Shown here piece after piece: positions 53,646 to 64,000 of a DNA stretch of 64,000 nucleotides; the stretch's first letter is position 1; the number at the start of each line of letters is the position of its first letter. Position numbers and translations under genes: made by a program. The notes beneath the pieces were generated by a model, which ran no database searches, had not been told where the DNA came from, and worked only from the letters and a program-made list of their open reading frames with translations. This DNA is from Rhizophagus irregularis (lineage: Eukaryota), in assembly GCF_026210795.1 (NCBI RefSeq), contig NC_089435.1, forward strand, positions 5,146,001 to 5,210,000, written 5' to 3'.

Positions 53646-55767
53646 TAATAAGCTGTGCATGATTATAACGAAATTTTTCTAAGCTTATTAATTGATAAAT
53701 ATATAGAAAAATGCTTGTGGTCTTTTGATGCACAACTATTGACTGAAAAAATGTATAACCAACCAGATCACAGTTACAATTGAGCACAATTTTTGATTGA
53801 TCGGGTTGGTTATATATCCATAATAGCTTATGTTTATTATATTTATTATAAAATTAAAATCGATCAGGGGAAAACCAATTTTTGAACTGGCTTATGTTTC
53901 CATTAACATGATCTGATCTATACAGTTTCAAAAATAGGATTTTAGAGATTTTGGCTTATATTAGACGAGGCTTGGCGAAACGTTTCAAATTTAAAATATA
54001 GCTTCGCCCAAAACTCACTTTATGATTATCGAAATACGCCACTTTTCGTAGAAAAATTTAAAAAGAGGTAAACTTTTCACAATGATTTACGCCTGAGCCG
54101 GATCATGTTGTGGCTAATTATTTTTTGGCTAACTACACCATTATGTAAACGTTTATAAATTGACATAAATGAGCAAATAATTTTTTAATTAATTTGTAAA
54201 GTTTAAATTCAAATAAATAAAATACTCTTAAAAATGTCATATAAATGGCTTTTTTGTCCAAGGTACTTCAGCACAAGGTCTGCATACACTCAACATAAGA
54301 ATTTTTGTACTTCACCTAATAACGATAGTAGCGATAGTGAAGAATTAGAAGAATTTGAACATAAAACTAATAATCATGATATCGAGGTAAAGAAAATAGG
54401 AAATTATAAAATTTTTTGAATTTCTTTTTTAACATAATTAATTTTATAGATGGTCCGTGATTCATGCGAAGATCTTTCTGATAATAAAAGTACAGACTCA
54501 GAAATAAATAATCAGAGTATTCAAAGTATGATGTCAATTTCAGAGGTTGGTGAAATTGATCAAAATATAGAAGAAATAGACCACGATGAAAATGAAAAAG
54601 TCTTTGAAAATATCTTGGAAGATTCTGATTCAGAATTGAATGAAAAAGAATCCAAACCAGAAATTAATGTTAATTACCCAAGTGAAGCATATGGTGATTT
54701 AATGGCATTAGTTACGAAACATAAACTTAACAATGCGACAGGAAATGCTATAATTAAATTCTTTAATAAACATGCAAATTTAGATAAATCACCTCTTCTA
54801 AGATCTATCGAACAAGGCCGCAAATATATGGATAATATGAAACTACCAAATTTAAATTATACTAAAACTAGTATAATGAATTATAATAATAATGAGTATT
54901 TTCTTTATCATCAGTTTTTAATAAACTGTATAAAAAATATTTTGTCAATTTCGGACATATCACAAAATTTTGCGTTAACTTTTGAGAAAGTTGAGGTAAT
55001 TATTTTATACTTTCGTATGAAATATACAACTTAATATTATAGGATATTTACTAATCTTCATATAAACTTAAAGCATAACGGTGAAAGGAAGTTTAGTGAA
55101 CAAAATACTGGGATATGGTGGAAAAATGCGGAAAAATCCCTGCCACCTGGAGCCAAGCTTTTATCTTTAATATTATATTCTAACGCTACAAATGTTGACA
55201 CACTAGAAAAAAGTCAACTCCATTCCATTTACTTGTCTATTGGTAATATTAAAAATTGGAGGTGTAATAAGAAAGATGCAAAGCAATTATTAGCGTATCT
55301 GCTGATTTTAAAATCTAATAATATTACTGAAAGGAAGTCTGAAACATTTAAGATTGCTGTTCGCGAATGCTTCCATAAATCTTTGGAATTGTTACTAGAC
55401 CCTTTATTAAAATTAAATAAAAATGGCATTGATTTATTTTTAAATAACGAAATGATTTGGTTTTATCCTAGAGTTTCAGCTATAATATGTGACTGGCCAG
55501 AAGCTGCAACATACTGTCTTACATACAAATCACCAATGTCAAAACATCCTTGTCATTTTTGTCTAGTCACAAGAGACAATCTTGCTGATCTTAATTTACA
55601 AATTGATGATATAACACCACGAACTTATGTTAATATGCAGCAGTATTTTAATCAAAACTTGGGAAATTCCGTTTGCATTGAAAATATATCTAATTTTTTT
55701 TGGAATCTGCCGTAAGTTTACATAATATTTGTTAGGCATCCAGCCATTTCGCCAAATCACGTAAGCA

Positions 55768-55901
55768 GCATTCAAACAATTTGCGTACACTTTCTAATGT
55801 AACACAATTGTAAAACTATCACGTGTTAGCGCATATAGAATAGGATCGACATTTATTTATACATGTACACGTGATAAAGTGTATGCAAATTGTTTAAATG
55901 C
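55768..55901. mobile_element. 134-bp MULE-type MITE in a transposase intron
   Basis: TIRs gcattcaaacaatttgcgtacac / gtgtatgcaaattgtttaaatgc with TSD acgtaagca/acataagca. Confidence 0.7.
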
Positions 55902-56396
55902 ACATAAGCATTACAAGCATTACACTAACATAAGTTTATTTTTATTAATTTATATTAAGTAATATAAATATCTATCAAGCCACAGTGCCTGATAGAATGC
56001 ATCATCTCGATTTAGGCCTCTTTCATTATCAAATCGATTATACGAAAAAACTTTTAGGGGCGCAATATGGCAAAACTTTAGTTGATGAAGTAGATCATCA
56101 ATTAGCCGCAATACCAAGATTTTCCGGTTTGAAGATCTTTACAAATAGCATACAATCAATAGCCAGGTTAACAGCTAATGAGTATCGCAATCTGATGAAA
56201 GTAATGGTTTTTGTAGTGGACAATTTGTTTGTAAATAATGAGGATGATGAAAATTTTGTAAAGAATGAAGATCTGGCAAAACTTTACGAAGCTTGGAATG
56301 AAATGTATGCAATTAGTTGATATGAAAATTTCAAAGACAGTGATTTGGTCAAATTTAGGGTATGTACTACATAATTATTATAAAACAACGCTGTCC

Positions 56397-56680
56397 CACT
56401 GGTAAAAAAATGGTCTATCCTATACATATCCTACACATATCTTACATATATCGGGTACTCAAAATGTAGAAAATCATACACAAATAATACACATATCATA
56501 CACATATCGGGTATTTATACTGTATATATAGTATACCTATCAGGTACCTGATATATGTATGATATATATATTAGTACCCGATATATGTATGATATGTGTA
56601 TTATTTGTGTATGATTTTCTACATTTTGAGTACCCAATATGTGTAAGATATGTGTAGGATAAATCATTTTTTTACCAGTG
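56397..56680. mobile_element. 284-bp palindromic CACTG MITE in a transposase intron
   Basis: CACTGGTAAAAAAATG / CATTTTTTTACCAGTG ends, TSD tcc, near-complete fold-back. Confidence 0.9.
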
Positions 56681-57819
56681 TCCACTAATACTTAAAATTA
56701 TAATTTCAGGAATCTATAAACAATTGGTCTCAAATGTTCATCAAAATTCTCCAATGTATGTCCCCTCAGAGTTAAAATTACCAAAACTGCATTCGTGGGC
56801 ATATCATATAATTGATTCGATTCGATCATTTGGCGCAGTTAATGGATACACTACGGAGACTTACGAAAGCCTTCACAAAGAATACGTTAAGAATTCCTAC
56901 CGATTAAGTAATAAAAAAATATTGAAGTTCAAATAATGAAAATAGCAAGTATTATTTATATAAAATACACAATACTATGTTAAATTTCTAAAAAAAATTA
57001 ATTTTTATAGATTCGGCGACAATCAATAACAAATATAACCCATCGATTACCAAATTCAGCTACTATCACTCGTATATTTAAATTTACAGCAATACTTTTC
57101 GAATTTCTATTAAAAGATGCCCATGATTTTTTTGTAGAACAGACTAATATAGACCACAAAATGAGATCTGGATTTGACAATTTTTTGGAATGTTTAAATC
57201 TGTATATGGATCACGAAAGTATTGCAAATGAAAGCCAAGTGACAATATACAGATCAGTTATAATAGAAAATGGTGCAATAATGCGTACTACTAACAGTTA
57301 TTATGGCAGACCTTGGTATAGTAATGTGTCTGTTCGTATGAATTCTGATGAATTATTTGATTACGCTTCTGATCAAGGCATTTGTTACGGGCAGGTAATT
57401 TTTTAATTGATTTGATACTACATATTTATATAATATTGCTAATTTAAAAATGATTTTTTAAATTAAGGTTTTATTAATAGCGAAAATTGAACTTAAGAAT
57501 CAAAATATTCCATTAAATCTCGCATTAATTCAGTGGTATGACTTCAAATTTCAAAATCAACCACATCTTTATGGGTGTCCCTTACTAGAAATTACGGAAA
57601 TCTATAACTTTATTGATATAGAAGCAATACAAGATATTGTACATATAGTACCCCGGTTTGATAAAACAAATGAATATTTTGTAAATAAATACATATTTTA
57701 ATAAAATTTATTATATTTAACAACAGCAATACTAATATCTTGTATAACGTTACTGATCTAAAATATGACTATTACTTTTTTTTTTATAAGGTAAGTTTCC
57801 GTAAAGTTACGGTTGAATG

Positions 57820-58116
57820 AGGACCCCGGATATCTCCAAAACAGGTCATAAGTCACACTTTCGGCAGATTGGCCCATTTTTTAAGGGCTCAAAAAATCGT
57901 TTTTTGTAAATATCTCGGCATCCAGTGGTCCAATTTTGATGAACTTTTTTTTAAATTGTAGAGCTAAATGAGAGCTACAAAATAAAAAAAGTTCATTAAA
58001 ATTGAATTACTGAATGCTGAGATATTTACAAAAAAACGATTTTTTGAGTTTTAGCAAAAAGGGGTGTTTTTGGCCAAAAGTCCATTATGACCTTTATATT
58101 AGATATCCGGGGTCCT
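57820..58116. mobile_element. 297-bp AGGACCCCG-ended MITE with central hairpin module
   Basis: TIRs AGGACCCCGGATATCT / AGATATCCGGGGTCCT and a perfect 8-bp TSD gttgaatg. Confidence 0.9.
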
Positions 58117-58369
58117 GTTGAATGCGTAAATTGTTCTATTTTTATTGGTTAGACAGTTCATGTCTGATCGGTTACACTAACTAATAAATTCGTGATCAAA
58201 AAATGCTGATCAAACAACCCTGACTAATATATAATGAGTTGGAATTTTATTTCACTCAGGAGTGTATCATTAGATTTTTTATTTTGTGTATGCATGCTTA
58301 TGTTTTCGAAATTATACAAATTTTTTATCGTACAAAGAAAAACTTTAATGTTTATTGTTTCTATATAGG

Positions 58370-59095
58370 ATACGACTGACATAATTATTACTACTAAGTA
58401 TGCGAAGGTTTCTGCAGTTCCTGCGAATTCTACTTTAATGACTTGTACGAAAAATTGCTTGGTTTAGTATAATGAGTAAGTATCGAAATCATGCGAATTT
58501 CTATTTATAATAATAAAACTCATGTTCATATGTTTATGTTTTATTTCCATATATGATATAACAATGATATAATTATTAAATATTCGAAGGTTCAAGGTTC
58601 TTGCAGATTCTACTTTAATGACTTGTCGAAAAATTGCTTGGTTTAGTATAATGAGTAAGTATCGAAATCATGCGGTTCTATCCATAATAATAATAAGGAA
58701 AAAACTCATGTTCACGCGTAATTATTTATTTCCATATAAAGTGATATAATTATTGAATATTCGAAGGTTTCTGCTTTGATGACTGGTACGCCTGGTTTAG
58801 AATAATGAGTAAGTAATCGAAATTATCCTTATGTTCACGTGCGTGTTTTTATTTCCTCAACTGACATAATTATTACTAAGAAAGTTTCTTTTCCTGGTTT
58901 AGAATAATGAGTAATTATACGAATTTATCCTTATGTTCACGTGCATATGTTTTTATTTCCTCGACTGACATAATTATTACTAAGAAAGTTTTTGCGGTTC
59001 TGCTTAATGACTGGTACGAAAATTTGCATGATGTAATTATTAAGTATTCGAAAGTTTCTGTTAATGACTGGTACGAAAAATTGCTTGATTTGGGG
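58370..59095 (+). repeat. Degenerate tandem repeats upstream of accessory gene B
   Basis: Recurring taatgact(t/g)gtacgaaaaattgcttggtttagtataatgagtaagt. Confidence 0.7.
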
Positions 59096-59198
59096 TTAAA
59101 GAGTTTTTTTTTTCATAAATAAGGGCCAATTTTTTTTCTTCAGAAATATTTCTTTTTTTCTTAAATTGTAAGAAATCCCATTTTTCAAAAGTATCATT

Positions 59199-60515
59199 AT
59201 GGAATCAGGAAATAAATTGAGAGAATCCTCTCGTAAGAAAATTGAGGAATTGCTAATCAAAGGAAATCATAAGCGCAGTGATAGAGGCCGAAGCAGAAGC
59301 AAAAGCAACAGCAGTAAAACCAACATCAACACCAACGAAACCATCAATGACGAAATTTATATTTCTCAGACTAAGAGATGGCTTCTTGCAAATTCAAAAA
59401 TTGAAGGTATTCGCAAATATTTAAGAAATTAATAAAATTATCTTGTAATTAATTAATATTTATTGTAATTATGGTAGATTAATTAACAAAGATTGAAAAT
59501 AAAATCGATACTTTAAGTACAGAAATACAAGAGTTTAAATCTGAGTTAAAAACTTTACTTTCTGATAAAATAAATTTGTCATCAAGCGTTAAAGAATCAT
59601 TCATAGCGGTAAGAATATCTTTGAAATATTTAATTTTATTATTTATTTACATTCTAATTATTTTGAATTTCGACTAATTTTAGGATGTTGTGAAAAATGT
59701 TTCCAAATTATTAATAAAAGTATCGATTTACCCAACAAAAGATGAATGTTGTGGAGCGGTTGAAGGATATTTATCACTGAACCATGCGAGTTTTTTCTCT
59801 AATTTTACTGAAGACGATTGGATCTCATTTTACAACGAGAATATACATAAACAAGTAAGTCCTTATTCGATAGTAACAAAATGTTTAATAAAATAAAATA
59901 AAATATTAAGTATTAACTTTCTTCGTAGTTAACAAAACAAGTACGGTCCGTAAAAGGAACATTGTCCTCAAAATCAAGGGAGGCTATTTTTTCTATATTC
60001 GGATTCCGTTTACCACCTATAAACACAAATGCCAGGCCGTCTGAAGTAGCAAAATGGAAGAGAAAACCCGAGGTTAAAAGTTGTTATGAAAGCCTGTTTA
60101 CAAAGATGAATCCCAAGGACAAAAATTCTTCGATTGTTTTAGTGAGCATTATTGACAGAGTCCTCCAAAATGACCATTCTAATGCAGAAATTGCATATGT
60201 TCTTGCGATCTGCTCAACAATTTTGAACCCAAATCATGATGAAATAATGTTGAAAAAGAATATCATGAAACAAAAAGTTAAAAAATTTTTAGTAAGTTTG
60301 TAATTTTGTAGTAGTATTTAATAAAATATCATTTCATGGCTAATCAATCATATTATTCTTCAAAGAAAAAAATCAATAATCAAACGGGCATAAATTATTC
60401 CGATTTTGAAGATAATAGCTATGAGGAAGAAGAAAGTGGAAATGAAACTGAAGATGATGAAGATGATGATGTGATGATGTATAATAAGGTGAATTTTATT
60501 ATATGCATAAGATAA
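59199..60515 (+). CDS. Five-exon transposon accessory gene B, paralog of 51029-52400
   Basis: Exons at ~59199-59406, 59478-59608, 59684-59854, 59929-60291 and 60366-60515. VSIYPT and SEVAKWKRKPEVKSCYESLF motifs, with an acidic tail. Confidence 0.7.
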
Positions 60516-60936
60516 TTATATCAGTCGATGTGCATGTCACAAAATTAGTGGGCAAATTTTTTATACTATGATATCATAATTTAAATTTCATACATAGCAT
60601 GGTCTTTAGATATATAGTATATATGTAAAGTTCTAAACTAGCCAAAGTTTTCTTTTTTGATTAAAATTACCGATCTTTAAATTATAATTTTGGCCAAAAT
60701 TTTCTTAACTCTGGTCGAATTTATAGTGCCAGCCTAAAATTTAAAAAATACGCTAACTTCATTTTATGTTTATGTAAAATAAATCTTTTGTACTACAAAA
60801 TCTGAGTACATTTACCGATAGATGAGATCAAAATCTATCATTTTCAAGTATTTTTAATTTTATACTTCTTGTCAAAGAAAAGAATCACAGGTACTCAAAA
60901 CCACCTAATTTCTGTAATAAACTTTTACAATCTCAA

Positions 60937-63900
60937 TATGAATAGCTTTTCAAAGTCTATAGACGATAATAATATTTTATTTGAGCAATTTTTAGGTGAT
61001 AACAATTCAGAAGAAGAGCTAGAATATGATGAAACATTTTTAGAACAATTGATAAACCAAAATTCAATATTATTAGACGCTGAATCAGACAAACAATCTA
61101 ATATTTTTCACATCGAAAATTTTTTGCGGGCACATGAAACTGTTTGAAGTGAAGAAATAAATGAATATAATTCAAGTAGTGATGATGAAATTGACGATGA
61201 TAATGAGCAAAGTTTAAAAAATGAATCTGAATCACTTGAAAATGAAATATACATTATGGACGAAATGTCAACTTCCCTTTCACCATGTGCTATTGTTGAC
61301 ATGATTGATGGAAAATTACAAACATGCGGTAATGATAGTAAAAGATGTATTTTTCAATTAATAGGAACTTGGCAAATAGATACAAGTGTTGCGACTAAAT
61401 TTTTGGATGGGAAGGTTAATTTAGGAGTGTGTATGTCGCATTTTAATTATGATCAAAAAAATTATATAAGTCATGCTAAACAAATAAGAAAAATGGAAAA
61501 AAGTATAATACATCGAAGAAGGTGGTTTTTTTGTGAGAAAAATTTCTACTTTTTTAGTCGTGGAATGAATTGCCGCCAACATTCTTGGAACATCTTTAAT
61601 AGAAATATACAAGTAGCTTGCAATGGACAATTCAGTTGTAATGCACTTGAAGTATGTCTGAATATATCAAATTTAGCTAATGAGGAATTTTCAGATTCCC
61701 GATACATATGTTGCAGCTGTTTTGAAATCAATGGTATATTCATCAAAAAAATGGATCAGGAAAACCCAAATTCAATTGTGAAAATGATAAATTGCATGAT
61801 GAAGATTCTGATAAAATACTCATAGCATTAGCGAACTGGCTTCTTTTTGTTGTAAAAAATGAAAGTCAAGATAGAAAAGAAATTATTCTTACACATATGT
61901 TAAATCCTGCATTACACTTTCTTCAAAATATAACATTGTCTAAAAACACTAAAAAAAATATCGATATGGAATCTATTTGTAATTTTGAAGAAATTCGTAG
62001 GTCATCAATATCTTCCACCACCTCTACAATATCATCTATCAACACGGTATACACAGGATTAACAAGTTATATTCAATTACCTACTCTTTTCATGCTTCAA
62101 ATTCTTTTAAAAATGAATAAAATTTCAAATACAATTTCTTCAGAATTGTTTATTTCAGATGAACAATGGCCCGATGTAGGAAATAAAGTCTAAATCTCGA
62201 AATAAACTATTAAAACAATTTGATGAACAGCAATTAATAAAAATAGTAACTTTTTTTGTTTCAGTATTAATTGGAATTGCGTTTCCATACTTGCAAGTTT
62301 GGTTTACTAAAGTACTTTCGAGTCTTAGTAGAAAACCAAAACTCAATCAACAATTCCAGCGTCTTCTTTCTACTTTGCAAATAAGTGGACATACAGACGG
62401 TCAAGAAAGAAAATTAGAAAAGGTTCGAATAGGACCCCGAAAAATACATATAAAAGTCAGAGATGATCGGCAAAATTTTGCCTTAAAATAAGCAAATGTT
62501 TTTACTAAGATCAATACGCAAAGTTGACTTCTGACTTTATAATTTATATTAGAATAAGCAAAATTTTTTTATGACATTTGTATATTAAAAAAATGAAATC
62601 AGGTACTTTTTTGTTAATTTAATTAGTTGTATTTAAAATATACTTCCAGTATAATTGATTTTCAATTGCTAGCATAATGCCAAATTGCATAAATTAATTT
62701 GTACTGACATATTTATTTATACTACTATATTTAATTATTTGATAATTCAAGTATTAACACTAAAACAAAAAGATTGTTCATTATTTTTTTATAAATTATA
62801 ACAAAAACTTAGAATATTGATAACATTTTAAAGTTAAAGAAAAGTCAATATAATTTATAAAATCATTTCTAAAAGAAGATCCTATTTCTAAAGAAAAAAA
62901 ATATTAATACTACTTTCACATATAAAACAAATTCCACCCTGTTCTCAACTTACTAAAAATTTCAGTTTAGTTTTAATCTAAAAACCAAAAAACAATAGAA
63001 ATGTTAATAATACTTCTAAAATAAACAAAATAAAGCTAAAAAATTCTTTACTTACAGTGAGCATTGGAGTTCCAGTCTGAATTCCAAGTTCCTAAGAAAA
63101 AAGTAAAAGGAATATTAGTATGGTAATATTCCCAAAAAAATTGACTATACTTTTCTCTTAACTCATATTTTTCCAAGATATTGGTATCTAAAATAATAAA
63201 TTTTAGATTTAAGAAGTTGCTTTTAAAGAAAAATAATAAAAAAGGAATATTAATAACATTCTAAACCGAATATTTTTTTTTAATAAAATGGCCTGTTGTT
63301 AAAAAAATATAACAGTAAAGGCCAAAAAAAAATTTTTATTGAATAAAACGGTTTGTTACAGACCAAAAAAAAAATATTTTATTTTTTTCTTTCAATAAAA
63401 CGGTCTGTTAAAAGTCAAAAAATTGAAAAAAAAATTATCTATTATCAATCAGATTAGCCGTCAATTACGTATTTTCAAAAATTTATGTATTATACTATGC
63501 GTAATGCTGCTTATTAGGGAATTCAAAGGCATTATGCTGCTAATTAGTAGAAAATCGCTGGAATTCCAAGGCGTTATGCTGCTAATTAGTAGAAAATCGC
63601 CGGAATTCCAAGGCGTTATGCTGCTAATTAGTAAAAAATCGCTGGAATTCCAAGGCGTTATGCTTCTAATTAGTAGAAAATTGCTGGAATTCCAAGGCGT
63701 TATGCTGCTAATTAGTAGAAGACTGCTGGAATTATATATATATATATATTTTATTAAAAAATACTGTTAACTACGCAAATTAAAATATATGACATATATA
63801 AAAATGATTGTTATTACGCAAACTATATATATAACCTTTTAAAAAATCTCAAAATCTATGCAAATAAAATTTTATGACTTTTGGAAATTTTACTAATATG

Positions 63901-64000
63901 GTTAAGCAAACTTACATGTGACCTTTATATATATTTTTCGGGGTCCTGTTCGAATGAAATCCATAAATCCATGTCAACGTCTTAATAAGAGTGAAAATAT
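60937..64000 (+). pseudogene. Cys/His-rich uncharacterised gene, probably transposon-borne, disrupted and running off the window
   Basis: SPCAIVD...LIGTWQID...GVCMSHFNYD...CRQHSW...YICCSCFE. Contains stops and frameshifts, and is interrupted by the 62431-63947 insertion. Confidence 0.6.
62431..63947. mobile_element. 1.5-kb AGGACCCCG-ended non-autonomous element
   Basis: TIRs AGGACCCCGAAAAATA / TATTTTTCGGGGTCCT, perfect 8-bp TSD gttcgaat, 42-bp tandem repeat (~5 copies) at ~63500-63730. Confidence 0.9.

Larger units (their letters stand above)
54234..57701 (+). pseudogene. Plavaka-family (CMC) transposase, ~7 exons, inactivated
   Basis: N-terminal Zn-finger-like motif, SEQNTGIWW, LILYS(N)AT..LHSIYLSIGNI, ICDWPEA..PCHFC, PDRMHHLDLGLF, PKLHSW.H..FGAVNGYTTETYESLHK, IVHIVPRF. 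TGA at 56318-56320, D>N in the YSD motif, frameshifts in exon 5, and a probable GC-AG intron at ~56945-57010. Confidence 0.85.
48472..60515 (+). mobile_element. Large CMC-type (Plavaka) element; left end visible, right end not in view
   Basis: CACAGGTCGAAC terminus followed by subterminal tandem arrays, a Plavaka transposase and two paralogous accessory genes. The extent to the right is inferred. Confidence 0.6.

Noticed and set aside
63423..63770. 115-aa ORF with a 14-aa repeat
   Set aside because: Translation of a 42-bp tandem repeat inside a non-autonomous element.

Overview
This is very AT-rich, intron-containing fungal DNA. The gene families present (F-box/LRR, MATA-HMG, Crinkler, Plavaka and IS630-Tc1 transposases) point to an arbuscular mycorrhizal fungus (Glomeromycotina, Rhizophagus-like); that assignment is an inference. 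Apparently intact host genes are two F-box/LRR genes, a MATA-HMG factor, a MATE transporter and a three-exon ~120-aa secreted precursor with KR sites that the ORF track misses. A Crinkler NTPase/nuclease gene is disrupted. Most of the rest is nested DNA transposons (CMC/EnSpm, hAT, MULE, Tc1/pogo, PHIS-like and an AGGACCCCG-ended family), many delimited by visible TIRs and TSDs. The most unusual signal is a 3.15-kb CACTG element (9851-13003). It holds ~18 GC-rich 32-36-nt hairpins, each bracketed by splice-acceptor and splice-donor signals, which suggests a spliced poly-hairpin RNA. Similar units recur at ~36.7-37.4 kb and ~63.06 kb. Also notable are a Plavaka transposase flanked by two paralogous five-exon genes, and a palindromic module shared by unrelated element families. 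Coordinates were read by eye and may be off by a few bases.
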